Below, piece by piece: positions 25,759 to 38,807 of a stretch of 64,000 bases of DNA; the stretch's first letter is position 1, and each line of letters starts with the position of its first letter. The stretch spans positions 260,878 to 324,877 of the forward strand of contig NMRA01000494.1 in the NCBI GenBank assembly GCA_002633005.1, given 5' to 3'. The stretch comes from Phoronis australis (Eukaryota; Animalia; Phoronida). The position numbers and the translations under genes were made by a program. Below the pieces are notes generated by a model. It made no database searches, was not told the DNA's origin, and was given only the letters and a program-made list of their open reading frames with translations.

Positions 25759-26500
25759 TCAAACTGTTTGCATACAAGGAATCTGATCATGAATGTGCTG
25801 CTGGGATGTGCATAATGATATGCAAAGAAGTCCAGATTTCTTGCATTTGCATTGTGTACTGTTGCGTTGTTTCTGGCATGCAAACAATACCATCTCAAGG
25901 CAGCTGTCTGGGATAGAACTGTGTCTCATCAGTATGGGCTGCAAGTTTGTGTGTGTGCCTCCCATATCAGAGGGTGCTGGGAGCTCAGGTATGGGACAAT
26001 AGGCATATCGCCATACCTTGACCTGCACTCTCATAAAATGGAAACGGAGGGCATTATACGTTGGGGGAAGGACTTCTGGGTTCACTGGTTTGGAGAATAG
26101 TAAATAGCTTGCTAAATCTACAGGTCTGTTTTGGTCGCGTTGAATATTCTACAGACTAATACTTCTGAAGACGTCAAAAGTTTCTCAGTGAGCTCACCAA
26201 TACGCAGGTTCTTATTTAAGCAATCCGTCATGCTCAAGGACCACCTTCCATAATGATTTTTTCATGTGATTGGCAACGTACGAGATGGTGCCAAACCCGG
26301 TCACGGCATGAAAGCAAACAACAAACAAGGATGTTGCTTAGTCTCTTAGTAGTTTGTAGAAAACTGCTTCAATAGGTATGTATCGACGTTTCTTTGATGT
26401 GCCTGACATCATTCATATGTGCGCACATTGCAATTGTTGGAAGTGCGACACGAGAAGCAGTAGAACATCAGTGTACCTGGAAAACATGACTGACTGTGGA
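25759..26500 (-). mobile_element. Academ-type transposase C-terminal remnant (XPG/FEN-like nuclease + Cys-rich finger)
   Basis: YTDVLLLL...GTSKKRRYIP...FHAVTG (XPG/H3TH-like), then LPPTYNALRFH...P.P..G...IPDSCLEMV...CKCKKSGLLCISLC. Contains stops and frameshifts. Confidence 0.7.
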
Positions 26501-26509
26501 CACCTTGCA

Positions 26510-27660
26510 GTATGCGTGATTATAAAAGGTCTAGCTGAAAAATCACCTTTGCACTTACTGACCTTTGACCCGGAAATTCAGTTCAGTTAATACATTCAAA
26601 ATTATATTCAGGCCCTAGTTGCACTTTCATGGCATCAAGCTCTTTGCGAAATATGAAGAGCCCATCTCTCATATTGCAGGAGGAGAAGCAATTGAAATAA
26701 ATGTACTGGTTGAACCTTCTAATCCTGTTATAGTGCATTTGGTTCATGCCCGTATCATCAATTGAATACGGTTACCAAATGGCTCGACCACCATGAATAT
26801 GAACGCTATCCCTAATGTAGTATGTAACTACTAGACTACTGAAAGAGTCAGAAACTTAACAGAAAACTGCACTTAACAACCCCAAAGTAGCACCTAATGA
26901 CCACAAAGTTTGTAAACTAGATTGCTTTTAGAATGGGAAACATGTGTGGTTATAAAAGGCCTAGCGCAAAATTTACTTTTGCACCCACTGACCTTTGACC
27001 ATGAAACTCGGTTCAGTTGGTACAATCGAAACTCCGTGTAGTTTCTAGATGCACTTATACGGCACTAAGCTTCTTACGACATTTAAAGAATCAACATCGA
27101 GAATCACAGGAGGTGAAGCATTTAAAGGAAGAGCACTGGTTGACCCTTCTGGGGTCTCATAGTGTATTTTGGGTCATACCCGTGTAACAGGATATAGTTG
27201 GCTATCAGCTGAACCACAAAGAATATGACCGCTCTCCGAAGTACAACATGAAAGTTCTAGCTTACAAAAGTCTAAAGTTTAAAATAAAATTACACTTAAT
27301 GACCCTAAAGTTTTACCTAATGACCACAAAGTTTGTGACTGAACTTCCTTTATGAATGGAAAACTTATGCGTGATTATGAAACACCTAGCTCAAAAATCA
27401 ATTTTGCTCTTAATGACCTTTACCCCGAAGGTCGGTTCCTTTGATCGGATTCGAAATCCAAGTAAATTTGGGATGCATTTCTCTAGTGCCTAATTGTTTT
27501 CAAATTTTGAAGAGTGTATCTAAAAAAACCCGTAAAAGAAGCATTTTGACTGAACGCATTCCTTCACCCGAATAGCGTCATTCCGTGCATTTTTGGGTCA
27601 AAACATTATAATCAGGAAAAAATCACTTTATTGTCGTATCAACCACAGTGAATATGAGTG
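26510..27660. repeat. Diverged tandem repeat, ~430-bp unit, ~2.7 copies
   Basis: atgYgtgRttat.aaa...ctagc...tgaccttt.acc recurs at ~26511, ~26941 and ~27367. A partial copy lies at ~24800-24935. Confidence 0.8.
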
Positions 27661-30600
27661 TCGTTAGTGAATCGATATCAGAGTAATAAAAATTGAAAAG
27701 AGAAGAACAAGAAGAATAAGAATAAGAAGATAAATCACAGAGAACAGCTAAACTCTACGCTTGCACAACCACAGTAATTAGAATAAAAATAAAACTGAGG
27801 AAAACCCAGGAACAACTTACAGGCGCAGAGTTACTAGTCCTCATAGCCATTTGCTTATTAGATAAATTTCTCAATTGAGCAATGACTGAATTCACATATT
27901 TTCTCAAGACAAGTTAACTCAGTCAATATCGACTATAAATAAATCAAAGCTTTGTAAGCTTTCCAATATGAAATTGGTCCTATAAAATGTATATTTTCAA
28001 CAGATATCCTAAATTTGTATGAGTAGTTCCCACGCACATGATAACTTGCCTATTCTTGATACATGTACAGTTTGAACCAGCTAGGAATTCCAAATTTCTT
28101 TCGGCCCTCAAACATCACCGACCGAACAGGACACTCTCCGAACGTGACCATGTAGGTGACGCAGCTTATACATGTACTGTACGTAGGGCTGCCCATAAAA
28201 ATGGGCAGTTAAGCGTGTGTGTTTGACAACAGGTGGGGCGTCGTTTGTTTAACAAGTTCGACCTTGGGGCAAAACTTACGTAGTCGTGAAAAATGTAAGC
28301 ATGGAGAAAATGTGAAATCGTTCAAGGTAAGAATGATTCGATGCGTGATTGGTTAAACAATGTATTTACTAGAATGCGAGTGATAATCCAGGAATCAGCC
28401 AATCATAAAGTGAAGCAGGGTCTTAAAAGGCTTAAATACAAGCTTTGTCCAAGGATTCTCCCATACGGCGTTCACAACAGTAGTGGTCGTGCAGGTAAGG
28501 AATTAAGTGTCCGTTTCATGTACATGTACGGCTGTGTGATGTTAGTCTAGTGAAAAACAGTTACAGTTCCTTAAAACGCCCTTACTAAAGTTAACGTAAC
28601 TTTTTCGCTGAAAACTTAAGTTTTTGACTGTGATCAGAATTTAGCTTTCATGCTGTCAAAGTTTCGTGGATAGTGCAATACATTTCGTTCCGACGACGAG
28701 TCCCATGAAGCCTCAACAAAATTTCGCTAAATTTGCGTGCAGTTTTTGATCTTTCCCACTCTTGTTAGGCGTCTCTAAGCTGATTGGTCAAACGCCTATA
28801 CAACGAAAACGAGGCGAGATGTATCCACGTAAAAGTTAGTGCATACCGGGAATTTGACGGATCTTGTAAACAGTGAGGGGAATGCAGTGTGCGACTACAA
28901 CAATGGAGTTTTCACACGTATACTGTAACTCAGACTGAGAGCATTTGTACTGTTAAAGCTAAAGAATAACAAAAGAGAACGTGACCTTAGAAAAAGAAAA
29001 AATATGAAGGAAACAGTCGATATGCGAACATAGCGCACTCTGAATCTATGTCACGTGACTCAACGACTGATCGGGACACAGCTGTTCAAGCCAGGGCATC
29101 ACATCACTCTCACAAACATTGCCCAGTTTAACTGAGACCAGAGTAGATAAAGCCAACAGTTGCAACCAGAAAGCCTTTTGAATCATTATCCCTAACTAAC
29201 AACGGATTATGACATCAATTATTCAACACAAATTTCCCTTTTCATTTTTAGAGCCTAGAAATAATGCGTGGTTCAATAGCTAACGTTCGAAATATCCACG
29301 ACTTATTTAAATCCCTAACCCACCAGACAGCGATCGAGTCTTTGTAGGACAGGCCTTCAGTGCAACCAATAGAACCAAAGTAATGCGTTGGGGAGGTTTC
29401 AACCTACAGGTATAAACAGTGTTTTGAACAACTTTCCCGCCATTATAATGCTGTCAAATCAGCACTGCTGAGCTATGGGACGTATCAACGCCTTACAAAT
29501 GGCCAAACTTTTGAAATATCAATTGAAATTTCAAGGAGGTCCTATACCATACATTTCCCGCTGCGAAGTGTCAGCGATAAAGCCAATGACTGCTGCTGAG
29601 AAATCGGGATAATTTCAATAGGTTAATGAACTTTAACTAATCAAACAATGGAAGTGGATGACAGTGAAATTTAACTCCTCTGCTTTTATATTGATGAAAC
29701 GTCTATGTGAAATTCTGTCCAACAAATCTGGGCCGATTGTCAGTTTGGTGCTCTCATATCTCTGGAAAGCGCCAATATGGAAAGTCCTCTATTAATTGAC
29801 ATTGAACTAAACACTTCTTGGCCTACACTAGCGATGCAAATGACAATGGCTATCGTGATGTTACAGTGATCAATAAAACAAAATGACCATTTACAATACT
29901 CGCCGATAAGATTTAGTCTAAATATTAGAGTTGTGGATTATTGAATCCCGGCCTGTAACATTCACAAAAAGACGCTAGCAAGCACCCGCAAAACGATTCT
30001 GTTGGCGAATGGTAAGAACAAAGTAGAAACTTGCAAGCCTACATTTGTGTATGCGCGTTAAAAAATTAAAAGTAGGTCGTTGAACGCCCAGTGTGTTCTG
30101 CAGTTCAGAAAAATGACTTTCATGGTTCTACAACACCCATGAGGCACGATCCACATTTTTATGATTATTGATATAGTGTTTGACACTATTGTTCTTCGTT
30201 TCTATTTTCCTCTCGTTAGAAAATTTTCAACAGAAAAAGTAAGAAAATAAATTTACAGTGTATGTAACTATGTGTCTTAGCTGTTCATTGTAATTTTCTT
30301 AGAAAAAATAACTGCAATTTTGAAATAAGCCCCTCAAATTCCCATCACAAAAGTTCTGAGGTCAAATGCAATCAGGCGTGTTCAGAACACTAGCATTCCC
30401 GAACAACAACATTTTACGTTCTACTCTCAAAACACCGCAATTACCATCTTTGTACTGTGTGTGTGCTTTCAAAATTGAGCTCAAGTGTTCTTATTCAGAG
30501 CACAGGTGACACCGTGTTAAAAGTGGGTTCAAGTGATCTGGTATTTTTACACCTTGGCGTAAGCTGTCGGCTCTACTTGTTCACATGAATCAGACACATT

Positions 30601-32019
30601 ATACACTGTATGAGCTCGTACATGTAGTTCTTCGTCTGTAGTGTTTCTAAGCGGATGTAACAAGCACCAGTATTTTCAAATCAATGAAAAGTTCAGGACA
30701 ACGAGAACTCCCGACGATTGGTCATTAACATTGTTGAATTTGGTTTTATCAGCTCATAGTCTTGGTTGTTTGAGGTGTGGACTCGGTGAAAAACTTAACT
30801 CATAGTCAGGCTTGGTCTTGATGGTACAATGGTCTTAGCTTGGAAATTATATGTGTGATCTATCAACTTTACTGGGAGAACATTTAATAAACGTACTTTC
30901 CATTTAATATTAACTTAATTTCGTCCGCTTGATGTGCAGTCAATTTTTGGCCATGTCCATTGGATTTTTCCTTTCGTACGTCATTCTTGTGTGGTTCAAA
31001 ACTTCCATCACTTTGCCAGAATCTTGCGCCGACTGTCCCCTCCAACAGCTCACCCAGCCCCTGATGTTTTCATAAGCTGCCCAGTGCGATATGATGAAGA
31101 GCTTATTGGTCAAACCTTGAAATTTACGAAGCTGAATGAAGCTCATAAAGTCCTGTAAGACGTACACAGTAGGTATTTAAGAACTGACACTCCACGTTTC
31201 TATGTCGGCCAAGCTCGCTAACAAAAGTTCGTCTTACTTGTTAGTATCTGGATATATAGCTCGGAGCCTACAGTATCTACTGACAATAAACTGGTTTAAC
31301 TTTCAATTAAATGTTATCCTCTCAATTTAAATTTCTGCGAGTGTTCCACTGCTGAATTTTGGGCTTAGCTGAGCTGGAGGTATCTCAGCAGCGTCAAACT
31401 ACAGTAGTTCTTCGCCAAACTAGTCCTTAATTATGCAACCAAAATGACAGCCTCGTTTACGCCATCAGTTAGTAAATCTATAGTTGAAATTTTCCACTCT
31501 AAATAACAGCTCAATACATACAATGTACATAATGAAACAGAAATTGGCTAAATTTCGAATGACAGATGTCTAGCTTTTTCCTTACAGCTGACATTATATA
31601 TAACGTGATGCATCGTTGGTGAAACGTAACTTGCAGTACCGATCGTAGATAACAGTGCAGGTACTGTACATGTATTTGTGTACATGTGTAGTCAGAATAA
31701 GCCATTATTCTTCTAAAAACGCATGTATGCGTAAGAAATTCTCCTGTAACTGTGTGGGGTGGGTGGGAGTGAGGTAGACGTGAGCGCAACCTCTCCCTGC
31801 CCAATCGTACAGTTTAACATCTGCCACAGCCCGTTTCACCAGAAATTGTTTAAAACTGCACCTCCGTCGACAGCAATTACATCCCTGTACAATTCTTCTT
31901 TTTGCGACCCCTCCTTTGATTGATTCTACAAGATCATAAAGACGAATTAAGCATTGTAGGGGAGGGTGTGTGCAAAATCTTATTCCGCTTCGTCAAACCT
32001 GTGCTCTGTGGCCACTCGA

Positions 32020-32027
32020 TATATAAA
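32020..32027 (+). promoter_or_regulatory. Candidate TATA box of defensin gene
   Basis: TATATAAA upstream of a putative non-coding exon that ends at donor GAAAG|gtaatt (32212). The acceptor before the ATG exon is at 32344. Confidence 0.4.
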
Positions 32028-32357
32028 CTAAAGCAACTGCCCATTCTTAACTTACAAGAAGTTTTTCAAATCCACAACTCCCAATGGCAATTCTAAAAGA
32101 GACGCGTCAAGATACTTGACTATTAAACTGCACCTTGAAACCTTGGGGACACAGGGAGTACAGGAGACTTAATATCCACATTTGTTTAAGTTTTACATCA
32201 CAATACGGAAAGGTAATTGCTCTATGGAGGAGGAAAACATTGCGAACACTTATTCCTATTTCCTTTTAATCTAATGTGAAGCCCTTTTTTTTCTTCCTTT
32301 TATATCGTGATATCTCCGTAACTGAATCTTACATTGAATTACAGAAAACTAGAAGCC

Positions 32358-32439
32358 ATGAAGTGCATCGCAGCATTCATTGTATTGATACTGGCTGTGG
32401 GTTGTATCCACGCGCTATATAAAGATGGCAGAGAAGGAG
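32358..32439 (+). CDS. Defensin-like precursor, coding exon 1 (signal peptide)
   Basis: gccATG context. MKCIAAFIVLILAVGCIHA|LYKDGREG is a typical signal peptide. Donor GGAG|gtgaga, phase 1. Confidence 0.85.
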
Positions 32440-33069
32440 GTGAGAACAAAAGCTGTCAATGGTCTGCGCTAAGCTCTGCAAGAATTTAGCATGTAAAATT
32501 TTAAGTGATCACTTGCAGTCTTTTTAATGCCTGGTGTATTTCGTTTTCGAAAGTTTCTTGTGATTTCAAAATGTGAGTATGGTAGAGCTTGGGACTTGGA
32601 TAAATAGATGGTAACACTTAAAATTAAAAACTATATTTGTCCTACAGTTTAACTGGCTAAAAGAAAATCGTATTAGGACTCCTAATCTAATAAAATCGAT
32701 CTCATAATATTTCTTACCGCAATGGTATTCTTTTTCCGCTATCAACTAAACTATCGGAACCATCAATTACTTAAAATCTTTTTAAAGTTTTTTGGGTTTG
32801 ACGACCTTGAAAATTCTGATTTCGAAAATGACCCATCTTTGAAATATTTGTGATTTCAGTTCACAACTCAATATCACACCAGCGTGCTCATGTTTCATAA
32901 CCCCATGACGCTTCGGTTGAGAAGTCGACGATACCTTATATAAGAGTATCGGGTACTATGTGGCACTGTTTAGTATAGTACCACGTGGGTTCATAATACT
33001 AAATGGTATTGGCTGATTGCCTACCAAGTGAGTCAAGGATCTGCAAATTCAATAAGTACCAAATGCTTA

Positions 33070-34900
33070 AAAACTGCCAAAGGGGCAAATATTCTGCATA
33101 GGCGGTGTTATGGGGAGCAGGGTGATTGGTAGCGGATGAGGGGGGAGGCTCAGACCCAAATTGCGGTGGGATCGCGTTCCCGGTGTTTTTTTTTTTGTTC
33201 GTTTTAGTCCATCTACAGATATTCCGAACAGAAGGTCCACATCCCACCTGTGCACACGAGGCAACATGTTGCCCATCCTTCTGGTAGTCTAGATCCCCCA
33301 CTGGTGGGTACACTAAACAGCCTACGGGGCTATAACGCCCTGGCAATCAGGTTATAGACAGACTGAGTGAGCATACATGTACCAGCCAGGATGAGAAACA
33401 TCGGAAGTAACGTGGTGTTGTGGCTTAGATTGTGCGGGAAAAATAGAAAGGCAGTTGAACAATATAATATGGTGATATACCCCAAACAAGTCTACCATCT
33501 AAGAGACACTTATCTAAGCATAGTTGAGAGAGCTATCGACCATACGCCAGAGGTCAACCAGCAGTGAAAATGTCTTTCCCAAAAGGTAACAAGTGGACAT
33601 CATAACATGAAGCAACAACCAGGCGTCCGTTGTAATGTCAGTTTCCCTGATATACAGTTGCATCAAGGATGAGTTATAAACGTCTTAGCCGCCGAGGATT
33701 TGATTCTGGCCCTGGCGGGGTTCCTGACTTCCTTCATACCTCTTCGCCATTGTAACCGTGGAAGTATTGCAGAACAAATCACTGAGTTGTGTGGGAATTT
33801 GTTTTTGAATTCTGGAAATATCTCCCTTTAGAGTGGTGGGTAGGCCATGTAATTTGGTGTGACTGATTTTGTTCCCACCGCAGTGCAGAATGATTTACAA
33901 CGGCTGTTCTTCGAGTCATTTCATCGCCCACAGTTTGGGGATGAACTAGTTACACTGTAAGCCTCCCAAGAGTTGACAAAGATATTCTTTATCCCAATTG
34001 ACTGTAACCACAAGTTCGTGTCACCGGGACTTAGCGTGGGGGAGCAAACGCCCGTTTGATGATCGATGATCCCAGAATCCACAACCAGTCCAAATTTTGA
34101 GCCAGTATTTTTTCGGAGTTAATACAAACATAGTTATATATGCGTGTGAGTGTGTAATCATCTGCCCGGTAGTCTGATTTGTTCTGGTGTCCAGTCAGCA
34201 GTCGGCTTGCCGCTGTGGTAGTATTAATGAAGAATGAATACGCCCGATATCTGCCATGTTCCACATCCAGTTTCTCCATTGCCAAATGGAGGATAGCGGT
34301 AAACCGATAGTGAGTTCTGGCGAAGGTGACGTCGTACGCTTAAAGATCTCCATTGTTTGGGCCAACCAACTCTGCTATTCGGGAAAAAATGAATAGCTTA
34401 GGCTGTCTTGAAAAGCCGCGTCTCAGGTGTTGAGGAGCACATTAGAAGGAACTAGCTGTTAACTATGTGTCACATTACATCAGGAGTAATCAGTGGTCGT
34501 GCGTCAGCAGCTTTTGCACAACGTCTTAAGCTCTCCAGTGTTCCGGTGACGATGGAGTTGGTGGTAACGTCCGGGTGATCGTCCGCCTTGATGAATTGAA
34601 GTACACTCTTGCCAGGTATGATTCGACGGGGCTCACAAACCCCAACATGTAAGAAAAGTACAAATCCAGATGGTCAATTCCAGGAGGCCAGCACAATGTT
34701 ATGCTGTTGTCTAATCGAAATAAATGACTGGAGCCCTTTTCCGTACTCTTCAGGAGTGTTGTTGGAGATGGATGCTCGGATTAGTCTAGCTGCCTCATTG
34801 TGAGGATTTTTTGCAGAAATGGGTGAGGTGTTTGCTCTGGCGATGCGTTTGCCTTTAGTGCTATCGTTCAATATCTTTCCAGCTTTATGAAAGAGATAGC
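33070..34900 (-). mobile_element. DIRS/Ngaro-like tyrosine-recombinase retrotransposon remnant with SGNH-hydrolase-like ORF
   Basis: Minus frames give AARLIRASISNNTPEEY (YR N-terminus), RPLIT, and YRAYSFFINTTTAA (degenerate HSFRIGAAT). They also give WILGSSIIKRA and ICSAILPRLQW (SGNH-like). Many stops. Confidence 0.65.
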
Positions 34901-35276
34901 ACCGGCAACAGGGTTGATCAAGCGCCAGGATTATGACTGACGGCTTAAAGGCGAAGGCAACCTTTTTCCATGTCATTTTGAGCTAAAATAATTTGGTTGG
35001 TTATCCTAGACATATTTTCCACTTAATTACAGCTTTTCGTAATTCTATAAATTACTCGTCCGCTACTCCGGAAGTGACGTTTTAGGAGGCAAGCTTTTCC
35101 CGCCACTTGGTTTTGCGTTGACTTTACCGTGCGAATCTGTTCTATTCTACTTTTGTTTTGTGCTGTTTTTCAACAATTGTCGCCACCACTTTCCATCGGC
35201 GACTGTTCTGCGGCAAGATAGGTTAGAGCTCAACTACTTTGGATTTAGGGATTGTTTAGTGCGTTGTCAGCTGAAA

Positions 35277-35575
35277 ATGGCTGGAGTCGGTGACCCGTAT
35301 CACAGTGACAATAGTGTGAGTAACGGAGACCTTGTTCACAACAGTGGTGACGAGGAACTTTTCGGACATTCAGTGGGTGGGTACATGTTTGAGCCCGAGT
35401 ATAACGAGGCAGAGTACGCACAGGCACAGGCAGCTGTTGAGAGAAACGAGGCGGCTACTGAGGACAGACGTGGTGACACATCTTGATGCAAATGCACTGT
35501 GTGCGTTGTTATGCCTACCTCAATGGAATGCTTGTGCTGTTCAGAGTCCAACGAGGCCAAGCCACTACTGGACAT
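35277..35575 (+). pseudogene. KolX / P2X7-ballast-like (nanor/ZCD) protein 5' fragment
   Basis: GYMFEPEY...RRGDTS*CKCTVCVVMPTSMECLCCSE. The TGA sits at the conserved W of WCxCxxCxxM...ECxCCxE. Confidence 0.75.
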
Positions 35576-35579
35576 GGTT

Positions 35580-36381
35580 AAGTGGACCTCCGGCATAACA
35601 CGGATAGAGGAACAATTGTCCCACTTACCAGAGTGTCCCGCGACACACTCCCACTGGATGGTAACCTGAGCACCCAAACTGCTTACATCGTGTCGTGTGA
35701 CTCCCTCGCCACACACCTGGCACCTTCTAAATAGCTCCAACACTTTAGACAAGTCCACAATAAACTTGTCAAAGTTTGGCTCACCGATCTGTTCACTGGA
35801 CGACGAATTGTCCTCTTCGCTGGGTGTCGAATTGAGCCTGTAATCACTCCCACTACTCAATATCGCTGCAGGGCTGCTTAGAGGCTCTGGGCTGGAGAAA
35901 ACAGCACAGGGCGATTCACTACTGGTTCCAGGAATTGCACGCTCTGGGGTACGTTCGGAGGCACGGGTGACACTAGATGTAGTGCCTCCACTGGCTCCAG
36001 TCACTGTACTGGCCACAGCTCGCGAGGCTTCTCGCTTCAAAAACACACTTCTCAGGGGTGGCGACGGGACACTGCCGGGAATCAACACAGACGGAATGGC
36101 ATCCTTCTTCAGACGTTGTTTCGCAGGGACCTTCATCAGTTCAGCGTACAAATCCCTTTCGTAATCGGACGACAGAAAGTGCTTGCCACACACAGGGAAA
36201 TTCTCCACTGCTTTGTGCGTTGCGTGGACGGGTAACGTTGCGTTCTTCACACGAACGAGCCAAGTACGGCGAAGTATGTATCGGAAAGCGAAGTGTGCAT
36301 CGGAAAGCGATGCAAAGGTACTCCCAAAGCGCGCGTGAGCCGATAATTAGTACATCCTTGTACACACCAACAGTGTGGCAT
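35580..36381 (-). pseudogene. Kolobok transposase 5' fragment with THAP domain
   Basis: MPHCWCVQGCTN...LHRFP [frameshift] RRTWL...VCGKHF...YERDL...LKKDAIPSV, then FIVDLSKVLELFRRCQVC...WECVAGH...W. Truncated. Confidence 0.85.
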
Positions 36382-38696
36382 GTTGACTTACCAGTAAATG
36401 AAAGCAAACGACGACGGAACTTAACACAACCGAGGCAGAACCATGACTGACTCGGCAGCTCTCACAGTCAGACCATATGAAAAGAAATTGGCGCGAAATG
36501 CTTGCCTCCTAAAACGTCACTTCCGGAGAAGCGGACAAGTAATTAATAAAATTTCGAAAAGTTGTAATTAAGTGGAAAATATGTCTAGGATAACCAACCA
36601 ACCTTATTTTAGCTCAAAATGACATGGAAAAAGGTTGCCTTCGCCTTTAACTGATAAATCAGAACGCAGCATTCTTGACACAACTTCGTCTTCGTTTCCA
36701 AGTCGCCATTTTACCCGACAAACAACAAGTTGTCGCGTAGAACTTATTTTAGTCTATAGCTTAGGAAATTGTGCGACGAGAATAGTGAAACGGTTTTGAC
36801 ATGGCGTGTGTGTTATGCAGCTCCAAAAGAAAACCCGTTATTTTTGGGCGTCTCCTATTCCAAAAAGTGATGTCGAAAAGTGTAACCTATGCATCAATGT
36901 GTGTGAACGTCCACAAGAGCAGCTGAACTTGGCAACGTTGCTTGATTTCTCGAAGGTTAAACACAAATATACTTGTTTTTATTTTGGTGGCTATAGTGTA
37001 GTCCTATCTGATTTCGACTCCGGAGTTTCACTCGTCTGGCAACTTTTGTATCGACACCTGCTGGATCTCAGCCGTAGTCTAGCGGTAATCCGAAGAAATT
37101 GCTGTATTTAAGATTATTTTCACCTAATAGACAACGTTTTGTTTCGTAGCGGAGGTAATGTAACATTTTTGTTAATCATATTCGCGTACCCTGGCGTTCA
37201 ACTGAACTTCTCTACAAAATTGAGAGAGTCGATAGGCACAGGGAAGGGCACTGCATTACTGAACTCAAAGCCTTGTTCGAGCTGCGGTCACGAAAAAATA
37301 TACAGCTCAATTACTTTTTGATGAGAATCTATAGAATACGGTCCACCTGTAGGGCTCATTCCGAATTTATTCAAACATTATATTTAGATTTATGAAGAAG
37401 AATTTGTTATTTAGTAAATAGAAATTTTTGCCACTACACCAGACTTTTCATTTTCTGTAACCATACCACAGCTTAGTGATCACGCTACGTTTAAAACTAA
37501 CTGAAAGCTACTTTTATGGTATGAAACTACGAAAATGCGAAGTTCATCAAAAGCTAGGCCAAACTTAAATGTCTTAATGGCGCAATTACGGCGATTTCCC
37601 TGCATTAACTTGACTTGGACACAGCCAAAAGTTTCGTTATAAGATTAGAAATGTACAAACAGTGCTATCGACTCTACTTTCTTTACTAAGGGGGTCCCAC
37701 CAAATCTGGCCTTCTTTTCATTTGGTAGAACTTAGAAGATGGCGGATAAAATCATCGGTGAATTTTCAATGATTTTGTTCGACAGATCACGAAATCTATC
37801 TCAACGTACAGATAATTCGGCATATGCTAACCTAATCACGTGGTGTTCTAAGCCAAAATTAATACCAGTCCTATGATCTACGTGTACATCCCGATGGCAG
37901 AAACAGAAGTTTTTCAGTGATCCAATTTCACAACTCGATTGATCTGAGGAGTAGCTAAAGTTCAATCAGTCGATTCGAAAGTTGGTAAAACCGGATGACC
38001 TACATGTACATGTAAGATAATAGTCATTTTGCCTACACTGTTGTAGCTCTGATTGTGACGCAGGTGAATTCTTACGCCGGAATTCAAAACTTGTACAACT
38101 TTCTTCTTTCAAAACAAAATCATGAGGGATCTACGGAATGAATTTGGTACAAACTTTTCAATACAACTTTTTTGTGATATCACAATCTAAGCGTTCTACC
38201 GACGTTTACCCCGACTATAAACAGTAAATTTCCGTCGCGGATTCTGTGATCTCCCTGAGTAACAGAGACAATGTTATTCGTGATTGACTTGTTATATCAG
38301 GATATAAAGCGTGGCGAAACCAGTCGGTGCTGATTATATTGCCATACAGTGTACTTAAGAGTGCTCACCACAACTATCCTACACAATCCATAGTTTGTTG
38401 AAATACCACTCCAAATCAGTCTGCACACGCCAGAATACGAAAAGCTTCCAAAAATAGTAAGTTTTAAAACGTATAATAAGAATCCAAAACTTTTTCACTC
38501 AAATATTTAACATTGATGTTGTTGTATATGGAATTTTTCAACCGAGCGATAACGGGAAAAGAGGCAATTTTGGAAGTTATAATTGAAAGCTTGAGCTCGC
38601 CGTGACAATCAAATTGCACACACCACAAATTGCACGGACGCTCGCGAGAGTGAAGTACGACTGCATTTGATAAGAGACTCATCCTTATTATTTCAG

Positions 38697-38807
38697 TTCC
38701 ACCGTCAAGTCCCGACAAAAATTGCCAGAGTATCAATTGCTTCTTGAAATGTAGGATGATCGGCAATAACGGGGGATACTGTGCCGCTTCTGGTTGTATC
38801 TGTGCAG
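38697..38807 (+). CDS. Defensin-like precursor, coding exon 2 (six-Cys CS-alpha/beta core)
   Basis: Acceptor ccttattatttcag and donor GCAG|gtacgt bound a 111-nt phase 1-1 exon. It reads VPPSSPDKNCQSINCFLKCRMIGNNGGYCAASGCICA = C-x4-C-x3-C-x9-C-x4-C-x-C with a GxC gamma-core. Confidence 0.88.

Larger units (their letters stand above)
34949..36646. mobile_element. Internally deleted Kolobok DNA transposon
   Basis: TTAA TSD (34945-48 / 36647-50) and ~155-bp TIRs starting AGGCGAAGGCAACC. Contains convergent KolX-like and THAP-transposase 5' fragments. Confidence 0.92.

Noticed and set aside
30940-31167. Minus-strand ORF with acceptor-like site (also 49841-50050)
   Set aside because: No recognisable product, and no partner exons found.
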